Assembly: GCA_951406725.2 (NCBI GenBank)
Contig: OX597819.1
Span: 42,098,001-42,162,000 of the forward strand
DNA length: 64,000 bases
Source: Octopus vulgaris
Taxonomy: Eukaryota
Direction of reading: 5' to 3'
In this document: positions 25,592 to 38,351 of the stretch, in pieces
Numbering within the stretch: the stretch's first letter is position 1
How the letters are laid out: each line of letters starts with the position of its first letter
The notes under the pieces: model-generated
What the model was told of the DNA's origin: nothing
The model's database searches: none
The model's input: the letters and a program-made list of their open reading frames with translations, nothing else
Translations under genes and position numbers: made by a program

Positions 25592-26619
25592 CTAAAAGAA
25601 AATGAAAAACCAAAGAAACAATAAAATATGTTGTGAAATACAAAAAATACCAATGACAAGACATTACATAACATGCTTATATTTTGCAATTGACATAACA
25701 AAACTCATGTTCACATTAAACAAAACATCAGCTGTGGTTCACAGTTGACATAATATAAAGATGGGTCACCGATGATGATGTTTCATTTCTTAAACTACCT
25801 CCATTTATTCTTGTTTACCATGATACCTTCACAGAGAAGGATTTTCAACATCGTCATCATCATCATAGTTAAATGTCTGCTTTCGATGCTGACATAGGTT
25901 GGATGGTTTGACTGAGGACTGGCAAGCCAGTTGGCTGCACCAGGTTCTAATCTCATCTGGCAAGGTTTCTACCGCTGGATGCCCTTCCTAATGCCAACCA
26001 CTCTGAGTGTATTGGGTGCTTTATATGTGCCACTGACATGAGGGCTAGTCAGATGGCACTGGCATCAACCACACTTCAATGGTGCCTTTTACATGCCACC
26101 AGCATGGGACCCAATCAGGTGGAACTGGTAATGACCATGCTTGAATGATGCTTTTTACATGCCACCAGCATGAGAGCCAGTCAGGTGACACTGGTAATGA
26201 CTACACTCAAGTAGTGCTTTTTATGTGCCACCAGCATGGGAGCCAGTCAGGCGGCACTGGCTATTCATTTCCATCTATTATCTCCACCCATAATTTCTGG
26301 GAGAGTGATGGCAGTAGACTCTTCATGCACTTCTTCCATGGGTTCCTATCAGAAGCAACCCTCAGTAAACCTCCCAGCTGGATTTCCATGTATGAGCAAC
26401 TGAGTCTAGGGATATTACCTATTTCTTTACTACCCACAAGGGGCTAAACATAGAGGGGACAAACAAGGACAGACAAATGGATTAAGTCGATTATATTGAC
26501 CCCAGTGCATAACTGGTACTTATTTAATTTTCAGAATCTGATCAAAGGTTGTTCAATTAGAAAAGATAAGAGGAAACTTTTCAAATATAAATAAAGTAAA
26601 AGTAAACAAAAATAAACAT

Positions 26620-27020
26620 AGGTGTAGGAGTGGCTGTGTGGTAAGTAGCTTACTTATCAACCACATGGTTCCGGGTTCAGTCCCACTGCATGGCACCATG
26701 GGCAAGTGTCTTCTACTATAGCCTCAGGCCAACCAAAGCCTTGTGAGTGGATTTGGTAGACAGAAACTGAAAGAAGCCTGTCGTATATATGTATATATAT
26801 ATGTGTGTGTGTATGTTTGTGTGTCTGTGTTTGTCCCCCCAACTTCGCTTGACAACTGATGTTGGTGTGTTTATGTCCCCATAACTTAGTAGTTTGGCAA
26901 AAGAGACCGATAGAATAAGTACTAAGCTTACAAAGAATAAGTCCTGGGGTCGATTTGCTCGACTAAAGGTGGTGCTCCAGCATGGCCACAGTCAAATGAC
27001 TGAAACAAGTAAAAGAGTAT
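26620..27020 (+). mobile_element. Full-length tRNA-derived SINE (others ~34896-35305, 36512-36850, 48941-49115, 14055-14150, 20347-20660)
   Basis: A/B boxes, internal (TA)/(TG) tract, CR1-like tail. Confidence 0.85.
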
Positions 27021-27199
27021 TATTTCCCATTTTACTCTTAGTTTTCTTCCATTTTGAAAAATAAAAATTTATTTTATTGTTCATTATTGTTTACATTTCG
27101 GATTATATAAGGAGGCACCAAAATTTTTGTGTGCTTAGGGCCTCTATGGGTCATAATCCAGCTCTGGGTACACTGCTGTAGCAGTATTCTTTTATTCTT

Positions 27200-27585
27200 T
27201 CCCACTGAGGTTGACTTTACCTTTCAGGGGTTGATAAATTAAGTACTAGTTGCATACTGGGGTCGATCAAATCAACTGGCCTCCTCCCCCAAAACTACAG
27301 GCTTTGTGCCTAGAGTAGACAAGAAACATTAGCACACTGGGCGAAATGCTTAGCACTATTTCATCTGTCTTTACGTTCCGTGTTCAAATTCCACCAAGGT
27401 CAACTTTGCCTTTCATCTTTTCGAGTTCAATAAATTAAGTACCAGTTGCATACTGAGATCGCTCTAATTGACTGACCTCTCCCCCCAAATTTCAGGCCTT
27501 GTGCCTAGAGTAGAAAAGAAACATTAGCACACTGGGTGAAATGCTTTTGTCTTTATGTTCGAAGTTCAAATTCCGCCGAGGTCAC
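27200..27585 (+). mobile_element. Second SINE-like family, tandem partial copies
   Basis: B-box-like GTTCAAATTCC in repeated ~180-bp units. Confidence 0.55.
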
Positions 27586-28337
27586 CTGAAGAAGGCTGAA
27601 GAGTATATCAGCTTAAACGTTAACAACAAACAAGATGAGGACAAATATCCATCAAATGTAAATAATGTATAATTCTTCATCTCTCAAATATAGAAATGTA
27701 TACAAAATGTGTTGTCATCATCATTGCAGTATGAAATGTCCTTTACTATAGTTGACTATAGAAAGATTATTTTAGGTAAAATGTTATATGTTTTAATCCA
27801 AATGAAAATAAAAATTACATGTTGACACCAGCAGGGTCTAATACTAATACCTTGTAAAATTTAATTTAATTTGGTGGAGCTGTTTGAGAATGCATAGGGA
27901 ACAGACAGACAAAGAATTTTATATAAAGAGAAATTAATTCAGTTTCACTTTATTTTTATATTACAGTGATTCCTCGTTTATCGCAGTAGATTGGTTCCGA
28001 GACCGGCCACGATAACTGAATTTCCACAAAGTAGGGACATCATATTTACAGTATTTATTTAACGTGTATTTGGACTTTTAAAACCCGCCCCGTACTGTTA
28101 ACAACCCACCCATTACAGTAATCTATTAATAACAAGGACAACTGTTAAGCAATAACACTTGAGCTTAAAAAAAATAAAGATTGTTACTGTTACATAGGCC
28201 AGATTATAAAACAGAAAGCTGTGATTCGTCGTCTCTCTCCATTGCACCAATCACAGCCTGTCTTAAGTTCAAATACCCCTGTATATGCTTTTTTGCTATT
28301 TTACACTTGTTTTGTTGTTCCTAGACCAGGAAATAAT

Positions 28338-31263
28338 CATCATCATCATCATCATCATCGTTTAACGTCCCCTTTCCATGCTAGCATGGGTTGGACGGTT
28401 CAACTGGGGTCTGGGAAGCCCGAAGGCTGCACCAGGCCAGTCAGATGTGGCAGTGTTTCTACAGCTGGATGCCCTTCCTAACGCCAACCACTCCGAGAGT
28501 GTAGAGGGTGATTTTATGTGCCACTGACACAGGTGCCAGACGAGGCTGGCAGACGGCCACGCTCGGATGGTGTTTTTTATGTGCCACCGACACAGGTGCC
28601 AGACGAGGCTGGCAGACGGCCACGCTCGGATGGTGTTTTCTTATGTGTCACCGACACAGGTGCCAGACGAGGCTGGCGGACGGCCACGCTCGGATGGTGT
28701 TTGTTACGTGCCCTCAGCACGGAGGCCAGTCATTGCGGTACTGGCTACGGTCACGTTCGGATGGTTTTCTTATGTGCCACCGGCACTGGTACCACAAGGA
28801 TACAAATTCCATTGATGTTCATCTATTTTGATTTGGTTCGATTTGATTCTCACTTGCCTCAACAGGTCTTCACAAGTGTCACAAGAAGGAAGGTATGCAC
28901 AGGTGGACTGACTACGTCCCAGGTAGGGGCCACGGATTATGGCTTCACTAGTCTTGCCGGGTCTTCTCACGCACAGCATACTTCCATAGGTCTCGGTCTC
29001 TAGTCATTTCCATGGTGAGACCTAACGTCCGAAGGTCGTGCTTCACCACCTCGTCCCAGGTTTTCCTGGGTCTACCTCTTCCACGGGTTCCCTCAACTGC
29101 TAGGGATTGGCACTTTCTCACACACCTATCTTCATCCATTCTCGCCACATGACCATACCAGCACAATCGTCTCTCTTGCACACAACAACTGATGCTTCTT
29201 AGGTACAACATTTCTCTCAAGGTACTAACGCTCTGTCGAGTAAGTACACTGACATTACACATCCATCGGAGCATACTGGCTTCGTTCCTCACGAGCTTAC
29301 GCATGTCCTCAGCAGTCACGGCCCATGTTTCACTGCCATGTAGCATAGCTGTTCGTACACATGCATCATACAGTCTGCCTTTTACTCTGAGCGAGAGGCC
29401 TTTAGTCACCAGCAGAGGTAAGAGCTCCCTAAACTTTGCCCAGGCTATTCTTATTCCAGCAGTTACACTTTCAGCGCACCCACCCCCACTACTGACTTGG
29501 TCACCTAGATAGCGGAAGCTATCAACTACTTCTAGTTTTTCCCCCCGGAAAGTAACAGAAGTTGTTTTCTGCAGATTTTCGGAGGTCAATGCTCCAGAGC
29601 ACCTGCCACATACAAAAACTATCTTCCCAGTTAGCCTACCTTTGACATTGCTGCACCTCTTATGTGTCCATAGCTTACACTGGGTACATCTTATAGAGTT
29701 TCTACCTACACCTTTTCTACAGATCGAGCAGGGCAATCTTCCTGAGGATATTTGTGGGTTTTCTACCTTTCTACTTATTAGTACTTTGGTTTTAGCTAGG
29801 TTGACTCTAAGGCCCCTCGATTCTAAACCCTCCTTCCACACCTGGAACTTCTCCTCCAGTTCTGATAGTGACTCAGCGATTAGAGCGAGGTCGTCAGCAT
29901 AGAGGAGCTCCCAGGGGCAACCTGTCTTGAATTCCTCCGTTATTGCCTGGAGGACTATGATAAATAGGAGGGGGCTGAGTACTGAACCCTGGTGGACCCC
30001 AACCTCTACTTTGAATTCTTCTGTGTACATGTTGCCAACTCTAACCTTACTTACGGCATCTCTGTACATGGCTTGCACAGCCCTCACCAGCCATTCATCT
30101 ATCCCTAGTTTCCTCATTGACCACCAGATGAGGGATCGGGGGACCCTATCAAAGGCTTTCTCCATGTCAACGAAAGCCAGGTACAGGGGCTTATCCTTGG
30201 CTAGGTATTTCTCCTGCAGCTGCCTTACCAGGAATATAGCATCAGTGGTGCTTTTCCCTGGGACAAACCCAAACTGCATCTCATCTAAACTAACTCTCTC
30301 TCTAATTAGTTGGGCTATGACCCTCTCCGTAACCTTCATTACCTGATCCAACAGCTTGATACCTCTGTAATTATTTGTATCCAGGGCATCACCTTTACCT
30401 TTGTAGCAGTTGACTAGTATGCTGCTACACCAGTCATTGGGTATGACTCCTTCGTGTATCACCTGGTTGACTATGCGGGTGACTAGGTTATAGCCGACAC
30501 TGCCAGATATTTTGAGCATCTCTGCAGTAATTCCTGATGGGCCTGGGGCTTTCCCTGTCTTCATGCTTCTAATTGCCTTAGCTACCACGGAACTATCAAC
30601 TCGGATAGCTGGTCCCTCTGTTGGGTCAACATTTGGCAGACTCTCTTTATCCCATTCATTTTCTTTATTCAGCAAACTTTCATAGTGGCATCTCCAAACC
30701 TCTCTCTTTGCATCCTCATTTAGCGCAAGTGAATCATCATCCATGCGAACACACTTCTCTCCTACCACATCACGATTCTCTCTCACACACTGTCTTGCAA
30801 CACGAAATACCTCAAGTCTTTCATCCTCACGGCTCAGAACATTGGCAAATTTTTTCTTATCCGCTTCCCCTCTGGCTAAATAAACCTGTCTCCTAGCTTC
30901 CCTTTTGGCTGTCTGATACAATTCCCTGCTACCACCGTTCTTCCAGTCCTTCCAAGCCTGTCTCTTTTGTCTAATAGCCCCGTCAACCACCGTGTTCCAC
31001 CACCATGTAACTCTGGGTCGAGATGGTACTTTGCTCCATCCACAGATCTGGTCAGTGGCTGTCAGCAGATTGTCCCGTAGGAATCTCCAGTTGTCTTCCA
31101 CATTAAGTGAAGCTATATCCCCTTCTATTTCGTCAGAGGCTTCGAGTAGTATGTCTCTAAATCTCTGTCCATTTGCAGGATCTTTAAGCTTCCAGACCCT
31201 TCTCCTCCAAGCTGGTCTTCTTCTGGGCAACCATTTAGCTCTGATCCTGAAGTCGCTAACTAC
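28338..31263 (-). mobile_element. RTE-clade LINE, 5'-truncated, inserted in a MITE
   Basis: (GAT)n tail, 3' UTR with ~60-bp tandem units, probable short TSD TAAT; empty site at ~372-385. Confidence 0.93.
28948..31230 (-). CDS. RTE ORF: reverse transcriptase plus PHD-like finger; endonuclease lost by truncation
   Basis: 760 codons open; NYRGIKLL, QFGFVPGKSTTDAIF, DMEKAFD, GVHQGSVLSP, YADD, RGRGRPRKTW. Confidence 0.9.
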   Translation of the reverse strand: MPRRRPAWRRRVWKLKDPANGQRFRDILLEASDEIEGDIASLNVEDNWRFLRDNLLTATDQICGWSKVPSRPRVTWWWNTVVDGAIRQKRQAWKDWKNGGSRELYQTAKREARRQVYLARGEADKKKFANVLSREDERLEVFRVARQCVRENRDVVGEKCVRMDDDSLALNEDAKREVWRCHYESLLNKENEWDKESLPNVDPTEGPAIRVDSSVVAKAIRSMKTGKAPGPSGITAEMLKISGSVGYNLVTRIVNQVIHEGVIPNDWCSSILVNCYKGKGDALDTNNYRGIKLLDQVMKVTERVIAQLIRERVSLDEMQFGFVPGKSTTDAIFLVRQLQEKYLAKDKPLYLAFVDMEKAFDRVPRSLIWWSMRKLGIDEWLVRAVQAMYRDAVSKVRVGNMYTEEFKVEVGVHQGSVLSPLLFIIVLQAITEEFKTGCPWELLYADDLALIAESLSELEEKFQVWKEGLESRGLRVNLAKTKVLISRKVENPQISSGRLPCSICRKGVGRNSIRCTQCKLWTHKRCSNVKGRLTGKIVFVCGRCSGALTSENLQKTTSVTFRGEKLEVVDSFRYLGDQVSSGGGCAESVTAGIRIAWAKFRELLPLLVTKGLSLRVKGRLYDACVRTAMLHGSETWAVTAEDMRKLVRNEASMLRWMCNVSVLTRQSVSTLREMLYLRSISCCVQERRLCWYGHVARMDEDRCVRKCQSLAVEGTRGRGRPRKTWDEVVKHDLRTLGLTMEMTRDRDLWKYAVREKTRQD

Positions 31264-32151
31264 TAATATTTATTATTAAATAATGGATTTAATGAAAAAT
31301 TTTAGGTGTTCATATATATATTATATATATATATTTTAAAAATCCGTGATGTCGTGAATCTGCGATAGTTGAACTGCGAAGTAGTGAGGGATCACTGTAT
31401 ACCTAAGCAACTAATTAGCAATATAATGAGCAATAACATAGACTTCACAAAAGTCAACAGGCATTTCATTTTCTTCTTTTTTAGTTTATCCTAAGTTACC
31501 CCTCGAAATTTAAGAATTTGGTGAAACAAATTAAGAACAAAAGCGAGTAATGAATATTTAGGAACAAACAAAAATAGGGCATTATTCGAATAAGGAAGAT
31601 GGGAAAATTTAGAACAAACTTAAAGAGGATATTGGGGTGATTTGGGACAAACTAGGAAAGCAATCATTTAGAAAATATAAATTGAGTATCCAAAAGGGCC
31701 ATACCTACCCCGCCCCATTTTGTTTATCCAAATATCTTATTTATTTACCTTCCAAGTGATCAGGGTTTTTTAGTATTTTAATTACCCCTCAAAATATGAG
31801 AATATGGGGGAGGGGGGATAAAATAGCGTTACTTGTTTATAATCCTAGACATGAAAATCTTCCAGAGAAGATAACATAAACTGCCTTTGTCAATACACAG
31901 CATTGTTTGAGTGCCCTGTTTGCTCAGAATGCAAGAATTAACTACAAGAAGTCCTTCGTTGAAAAATCGTGCGGGTGGGGATGAAATTTCCGAGGCTTCC
32001 ACTTGACCCCATCCCGTTTTCTGGACTACAAAAAGGGTTTTGTAGCATATTAGAGGTCACCAGAATTCATTCAACGGAAAAAAAAATTTCCAATGATTCC
32101 GGGATACGAGGGGGGGGGGGGTCCGATCCCCACTACCTTTTTTCTGAACAC

Positions 32152-32612
32152 ACCCATTTGGCGATCTTTCGTTTGTAGTAGCACGTTTCCGTCGATGATT
32201 TCCGTAAAAAACTTTTATATATTTACACATGGGCTTGCGGTAACTTCTGAAGTAATGAGAGCGAAAGAGACTAAGAGAAAGCGATTTTATGACGAGGGAA
32301 GTTCTTTTGATTTGAAGTTACCGTGTACATGTGTGTGTGTGTGTTTGATGGGGTGTGCGAGACAGAAAGTATGTTGTGTAAGTGAAGTGCTTCTGTTAGT
32401 GTGTGTGAAGAGACAGAGAGAGTAATGTGTGAAAGAGAGATAACTGAAAGTTTTTACTCGGTGTATGTGTATATGTATGTATGCATGTATGTGTGTGTGT
32501 GTGTGTGTGTGTATGTATCTATGTATGTGTGTGTGTATGTATGTGTGTATGTATCTATGTATGTGTGTGTGTATGTATGGCCGATTCAGTGTACACTGAA
32601 TCGTCCATACAC

Positions 32613-32644
<32 letters not shown>

Positions 32645-32990
32645 ACATGCATACATACATACATACATATACACATACACCGAGTAAAAAATTTCAGTTA
32701 TCTCTCTCTTTCACACATTACTCTCTCTGTCTCTTCACACACACTAACAAGCACTTCACTTACACAACATACTTTCTGTCTCGCACACCCCATCAAACAC
32801 ACACACACACATGTACACGGTAACTTCAAATCAAAAGAACTTCCCTCGTCATAAAATCGCTTTCTCTTAGTCTCTTTCGCTCTCATTACTTCAGAAGTTA
32901 CCGCAAGCCCATGTGTAAAATAATAAAAGTTTTTTACGGAAATCATCGACGGAAACGTGCTACTACAAACGAAAGATCACCAAATTGGCG
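32152..32990. repeat. Foldback palindrome, no spacer
   Basis: Reverse-complementary arms centred on CGATTCAGTGT|ACACTGAATCG (32592/32593). Confidence 0.92.
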
Positions 32991-33172
32991 TTTTACTCGG
33001 TGTATGTGTATATGTATGTATATTACTTCAAAAGTTCCCGCAAGCCCATATGTAAAAAAAAAATATTTTTTTACGGAAATCGACGGAAAGGTCTACTACA
33101 GACGAAAGATCGCCGATCAAAATTTACCGTGGAAAATGTCCTTCCCTCAAAAAGTAAAAGAGTACAACTTAA

Positions 33173-33409
33173 GAAGAGTAGTCCCGGTGCGCGCACTCGC
33201 TAGTCGATTCTACAACGACTACCTAGCAAAGTAAATAAAACACAAAATAAATATTTTTTTTTACACAAAATAAATATTTTTTTTTACACAAAATAATTTT
33301 TTTAAAACAAAGTAAATAAAACACAAAAACACAAAGTAAGGACCGACGAGTCACGAATAGCTAGTGCGGATGCGCGACTACGCGAGTGCGCGCACCGGGA
33401 CCACTCTTC
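33173..33409. mobile_element. TTAA-flanked MITE, Kolobok-like ends
   Basis: TTAA|GAAGAGTAGTCCCGGTGCGCGCACTCGC...GCGAGTGCGCGCACCGGGACCACTCTTC|TTAA. Confidence 0.65.
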
Positions 33410-35977
33410 TTAAGTAGTACCAAGTGAAAGAACATGTTCTCTAGTAGGAACGATTATTTTAAAAATAGCTTCGACTACGTGTTGCTTAATGTGTGCAGGT
33501 GACAAACTGAAGCAAAAATGTAAAAAGTGGAATGGTTTAGTGAAAAGCGAAACAATACAAAACAGAAACTGGGATACAAAGGCAAAACTGTACAAGAGTT
33601 GAACAATATCAGCAGAATGGTCACAGTTGAAACACCTTTGTAATTTCCTATCATAGTAAATGCTTTTGTATAAACATATGTACACAAACTATGAATGTAG
33701 CAGTATGATGAAAGAAAATAAAAAAATATTTCGTCGTTTCCATTTTAATTTTTGCATACACTTCTGAATCGTCAATGAAAATATCCAACATGCATACATC
33801 GGGCACACGAATTAGTTTGAATCAAAATTACCTGCTAATTGGAAGTGAGCAGCCATGACTTATTATACTTTTTTTTTAGAATACTGAATCTGTGAAGCCG
33901 GGTAAAAAAACAATGTTACTAATTTATATGCACAAGCAGAATTAATTAAAAACCAGTTCTTGTAACGTTGACTGTTGGAGAAATATGTACTTGAAGTTAG
34001 CAACTGTAAATGAGTTTATATTCCGAGGCCGAGAATGATAGAAATTACGGGAACAACTGAAAGTAATTCCGTGAAAAACTTGAATGTAATTCCGCGAAAA
34101 ATAAACTGAAAGTAATTCTACGAATTGACAAGTCGATCATACTTCCTATCTTCACACGACTGCGTCGTCTTAATTTCCTGTCAGCCTTCTATAACTTTAT
34201 CTTTTCTTATCTGAGTCTCTGAACTGTGGCCATACAGGGGCACCGCACCGCCTGCAAGAGATTTTAGACGAAAAAAATCGACTCCTGTACTTATTTCTCC
34301 CCCCTTTTTGTGTGTGTGTGTGTTTTTTTTTTTAACACCGATGTAGCTTCGGATCGGAACGTTCACACAAGTTGTATTTTCTCCGTTTTTGATGGAGATT
34401 TCCCCAATTTTGCTTTCACCACGGCCTTCAAAATGATGGGAGCAAATTTTTATATGAAAAAATTTTGGAAAATTTTTTATCTTTTTAACCACCACCCACC
34501 TCCACCCCTCTAGACCGATCTTGGCTCGGGTTTACTTTTTTTCTTTTTTCCTCTACACACCTTAAAAACAATTGGAAATGAGCAGCCATGACTTATTATA
34601 CTTTTTTTTAGAATACTGAATCTGTGAAGCCGGGTAAAAAAACAATGTTACTAATTTATATGCACAAGCAGAATTAATTAAAAACCAGTTCTCGTAACGT
34701 TGACTGTTGGAGAAATATGTATTTGAATTTAGCATCTGTAAATGAGTTTACATTCCGAGGTCGAGAATAATAGAAATTACGGGAACAATTGAAAATAATT
34801 CCGCGAAAAATAAGCTGAAAGTAATTCTACGAATTGACAAGTCGATCATACTTTTCGGTAAAAAGGATAGAAAAAACTTTGAAAATATTTTCATTGGCGC
34901 AGGAGTGGCTGTGTGGTAAGTAGCTTGCTAACCAACCACATGGTTCCGGGTTCAGTCCCACTGCGTGGCATCTTGGCAAGTGTCTTCTACTATAGCCTGC
35001 GAAAAACTTGAATGTAATTCCGCGAAAAATAAGCTGAAAGTAATTCTACGAATTGAAAGAAGCCGGTCGTATATATGTATTTATGTGTGTGTATGTTAGT
35101 GTGTCTGTGTTTGTCCCCCTAGCATTGCTTGACGACCGATGCTGGTGTGTTTACGTCCCCGTCACGTAGCGGTTCGGTAAAAGAGACCGATAAATAAGTA
35201 CTGGGCTTACAAAGAATAAGTCTCGGGGTCGATTTGCTCAACTAAAGGCGGTGCTCCAGCATGGCCGCAGTCAAATGACTGAAACAAGTAAAAGAGTAAA
35301 GAGAGTGTACTAAAAAGTTTGTGATTTAACGTAGATTTGGCTGTTGTTTCTAGCACATCCTTTGACCACATGGTACTTTCCTTGCTTCTTTGATACTATG
35401 ACATGTATTGATGTTTTCAATATTTTTCTCCCCGTAAACACATTTTGTTTAGTCCAAACAGTAACCCATTACTAGGATTTAATCAACAACAAAAAAATCT
35501 TGTAATTTAAATTTTTTAAGCGAGTCTCTGGGTGGTGGGTGCGCGCGTGTAAATAAGAAAAATATACTATTACAATAAATTATCTTTTACGGTGCTCCAA
35601 CATGGCCGCGGTCAAATGACTGAAACAAATAAAAGAATACCGTTTTAAATCACTGAAGATATAGAAGTAATCCTGTAGAAGAGAGTCGGAAATTATGTAG
35701 TCGCTGGCGCCTATAATTTCTTTGAATTTGTGTTTTAAATATAAGAGATTACGATTCTGTAAAAGCAAAAAATAAATCTTTTTTCCCCACAACCACATGG
35801 TTCCTGGTTCAGTCCCATTGTTTGGAACATTGGGCAAGTTCCTTGTGAATGGATTTGGGAGGCAGAAACTGGAAGCTCATGTTATATAAATATACAATGT
35901 GTATACATACATACATACATAAACATACATACATACATACATACATACATACATACATACATACATACATACATACA

Positions 35978-36013
<36 letters not shown>

Positions 36014-36138
36014 TATTCATATATATATATATATATCAATTGATCGTGAATGTTGCCAGCTTCGCCTGTCACGTAAAAAGTGGAGGGGTGGGGTGGAAGG
36101 AGACTACTTGTCATAGTTTCCTAGTCACCCTTCGCCAC

Positions 36139-36194
<56 letters not shown>

Positions 36195-37008
36195 GTATGT
36201 ATGTATGTATTTCGTGTTTGAATTTGGTTTGCAAGATTTTTTGTGAGTTCGTGTGTTGAAGCATATTCTGTTGTGTCTGGGGAGAGTCATTTTCTTTTTA
36301 TGCCTTATAATTTAACACACTCACCGGTAAAATTTCCACTTATTTCTTAATTTGTTAAATTATAAGGCACCAGAAAAAAGTGACTCTCCCAAGACACCAC
36401 AGTATATATATATGTATATATATGTGTGTATATGTATACGTATGTATAATATGTATGCATGTGTATAATATATATATGTATATATATACATATATACATA
36501 TATATATATATGCGTGGCATCTTGGGCAAGTGTCTTCTGCTATAGCCTCGGGTCGACCAATGCATTGTGAGTGGATTTGGTAGACGGAAACTGAAAGAAG
36601 CCCGTCGTATATATGTACATATATATATGTACATATATATATGTATGTGTTTGTGTGTCTGTGTTTGTCCCCCTAGCATTGCTTGACAACCGATGCTGGT
36701 GTGTTTACGTCCCCGTCACCTAGCGGTTCGGCAAAAGAGACCGATAGAATAAGTACTGGGCTTACAAATAATAAGTCCCGGGGTCGATTTGCTCGACTAA
36801 AGGCGGTGCTCCAGCATGGCCGCAGTCAAATGACTGAAACAAGTAAAGAAAGAAAGAAAATATGTGTGTATATATATGTGTGTGTGTGTATTTATAAGTT
36901 AAATAATGAGGGTAGAAATTAACATTGATTAAATTAATATCAATTTAAACCAGTGGCCTTGCATATTTAAAAAATCTGAAGATTAAGAAAATTATATTTC
37001 ATATAATA

Positions 37009-37291
37009 CTAGCAATATCACCCGGCGTTGCTCGGGTTTGTAAGGGAAATAACTATATAATCATTTTTAGAGAGTTACTTCCCTTATATAAACCGAGCAA
37101 AAATGATGGTAAATTTATTTTTAAATCGTAGACTCATCGTAGACGCGCGCTAATACCCAGAAGGGGTCGATATGAATCACGACTATAAGATACCTGCTTT
37201 TGGTTAAACTGCACCGCAAAATGTGGGAGTAGTTAGGAATCTAAATCGGTGTAGACAGACTCTCACACACCTTCAGTTTTATATATAAAGA
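37009..37291 (-). mobile_element. Non-autonomous Helitron-like element
   Basis: Same family and termini as 12614-12977. Confidence 0.75.
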
Positions 37292-37618
37292 TTACATGGT
37301 CTAACCCCGTGGTTAGGCCATTTGGGGTCTTTTAGTATATTAAGAATCCACCTGGTGGTCATTCCACATACACACACACACACACATATATATATATATG
37401 TGTGTGTGTGTATGTATTTATATTTATATATATGTGTATATATGTATATATGTTTATATATATATGTGTGTATGTATATGTATATATATATGCATGTATA
37501 TATATGTGTATATATACATACATGTATATACACATATATATGTATATATATGTGTGTATATATATGTATATATATATGTGTGTGTATATATATGTATGTA
37601 TACATATATGTATATATG

Positions 37619-37690
<72 letters not shown>

Positions 37691-38150
37691 AACTCCCTGT
37701 GTCGGTGGCATATAATAAGCACCCTCCAAACGTGATTAATGCCAACCCCCTCATCCTGATTCGCTCGTGTGCCAATGACACGTAAAAAACACCATCCGAA
37801 TGCAGCTGATGCCAGCGCTGCCTTGACTTGCTCCCATGCCGGTGGCATGTAAACGTACCATCCAAACATTGTTAATGCAAGCCCCACTGGCCCCTGTGCC
37901 GGTCGCACATAAAAAGCACCCACTACACTCTCGGAGTGGTTGGCGTTAGGAAGGGCATCCAGCTGTAGGAACCCTGCCAGATCAATGGAACCTGGTGCAA
38001 CCTCGTGGCTTCCCAGACTCCAGTCGTACCCTCCAACCCATGCTATCATGAAAAACGGACGTTATACAATGATGATGATGAATGATGATGTATGTATATA
38101 TATATATATATATGTATATAAATATATATATATATATATGTATGTATGTA

Positions 38151-38235
<85 letters not shown>

Positions 38236-38351
38236 TAGCAGTATAACCCGGGATTAAGTTACGATTATTAAGCTAATCAAGTTCTTTATTTCAAACCAAA
38301 CTAAGTAATATAGACGTCAAATTTGGGCGAAATCCGTTGAAATTAGTTATA

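Larger units (their letters stand above)
27962..36320. repeat. Segmental duplication copy B
   Basis: See copy A; carries the RTE and foldback insertions and lacks the Tx1 and the 8646-13816 segment. Confidence 0.9.

Noticed and set aside
25812-25825. ATG|GTAAAC as C19orf12 first exon
   Set aside because: A phase-0 donor does not fit the phase-1 acceptor at 25591 and gives an early stop.
28508-29003. Repetitive ORFs (ATDTGARRGWQ...)
   Set aside because: Antisense readings of the RTE 3'-UTR tandem repeats.
37279-38257. Long YI/HT/CV-rich ORFs here and at 32287-32823, 44851-45330 and 52072-57133
   Set aside because: Translations of (TA)n, (CA)n and (TACA)n microsatellites.
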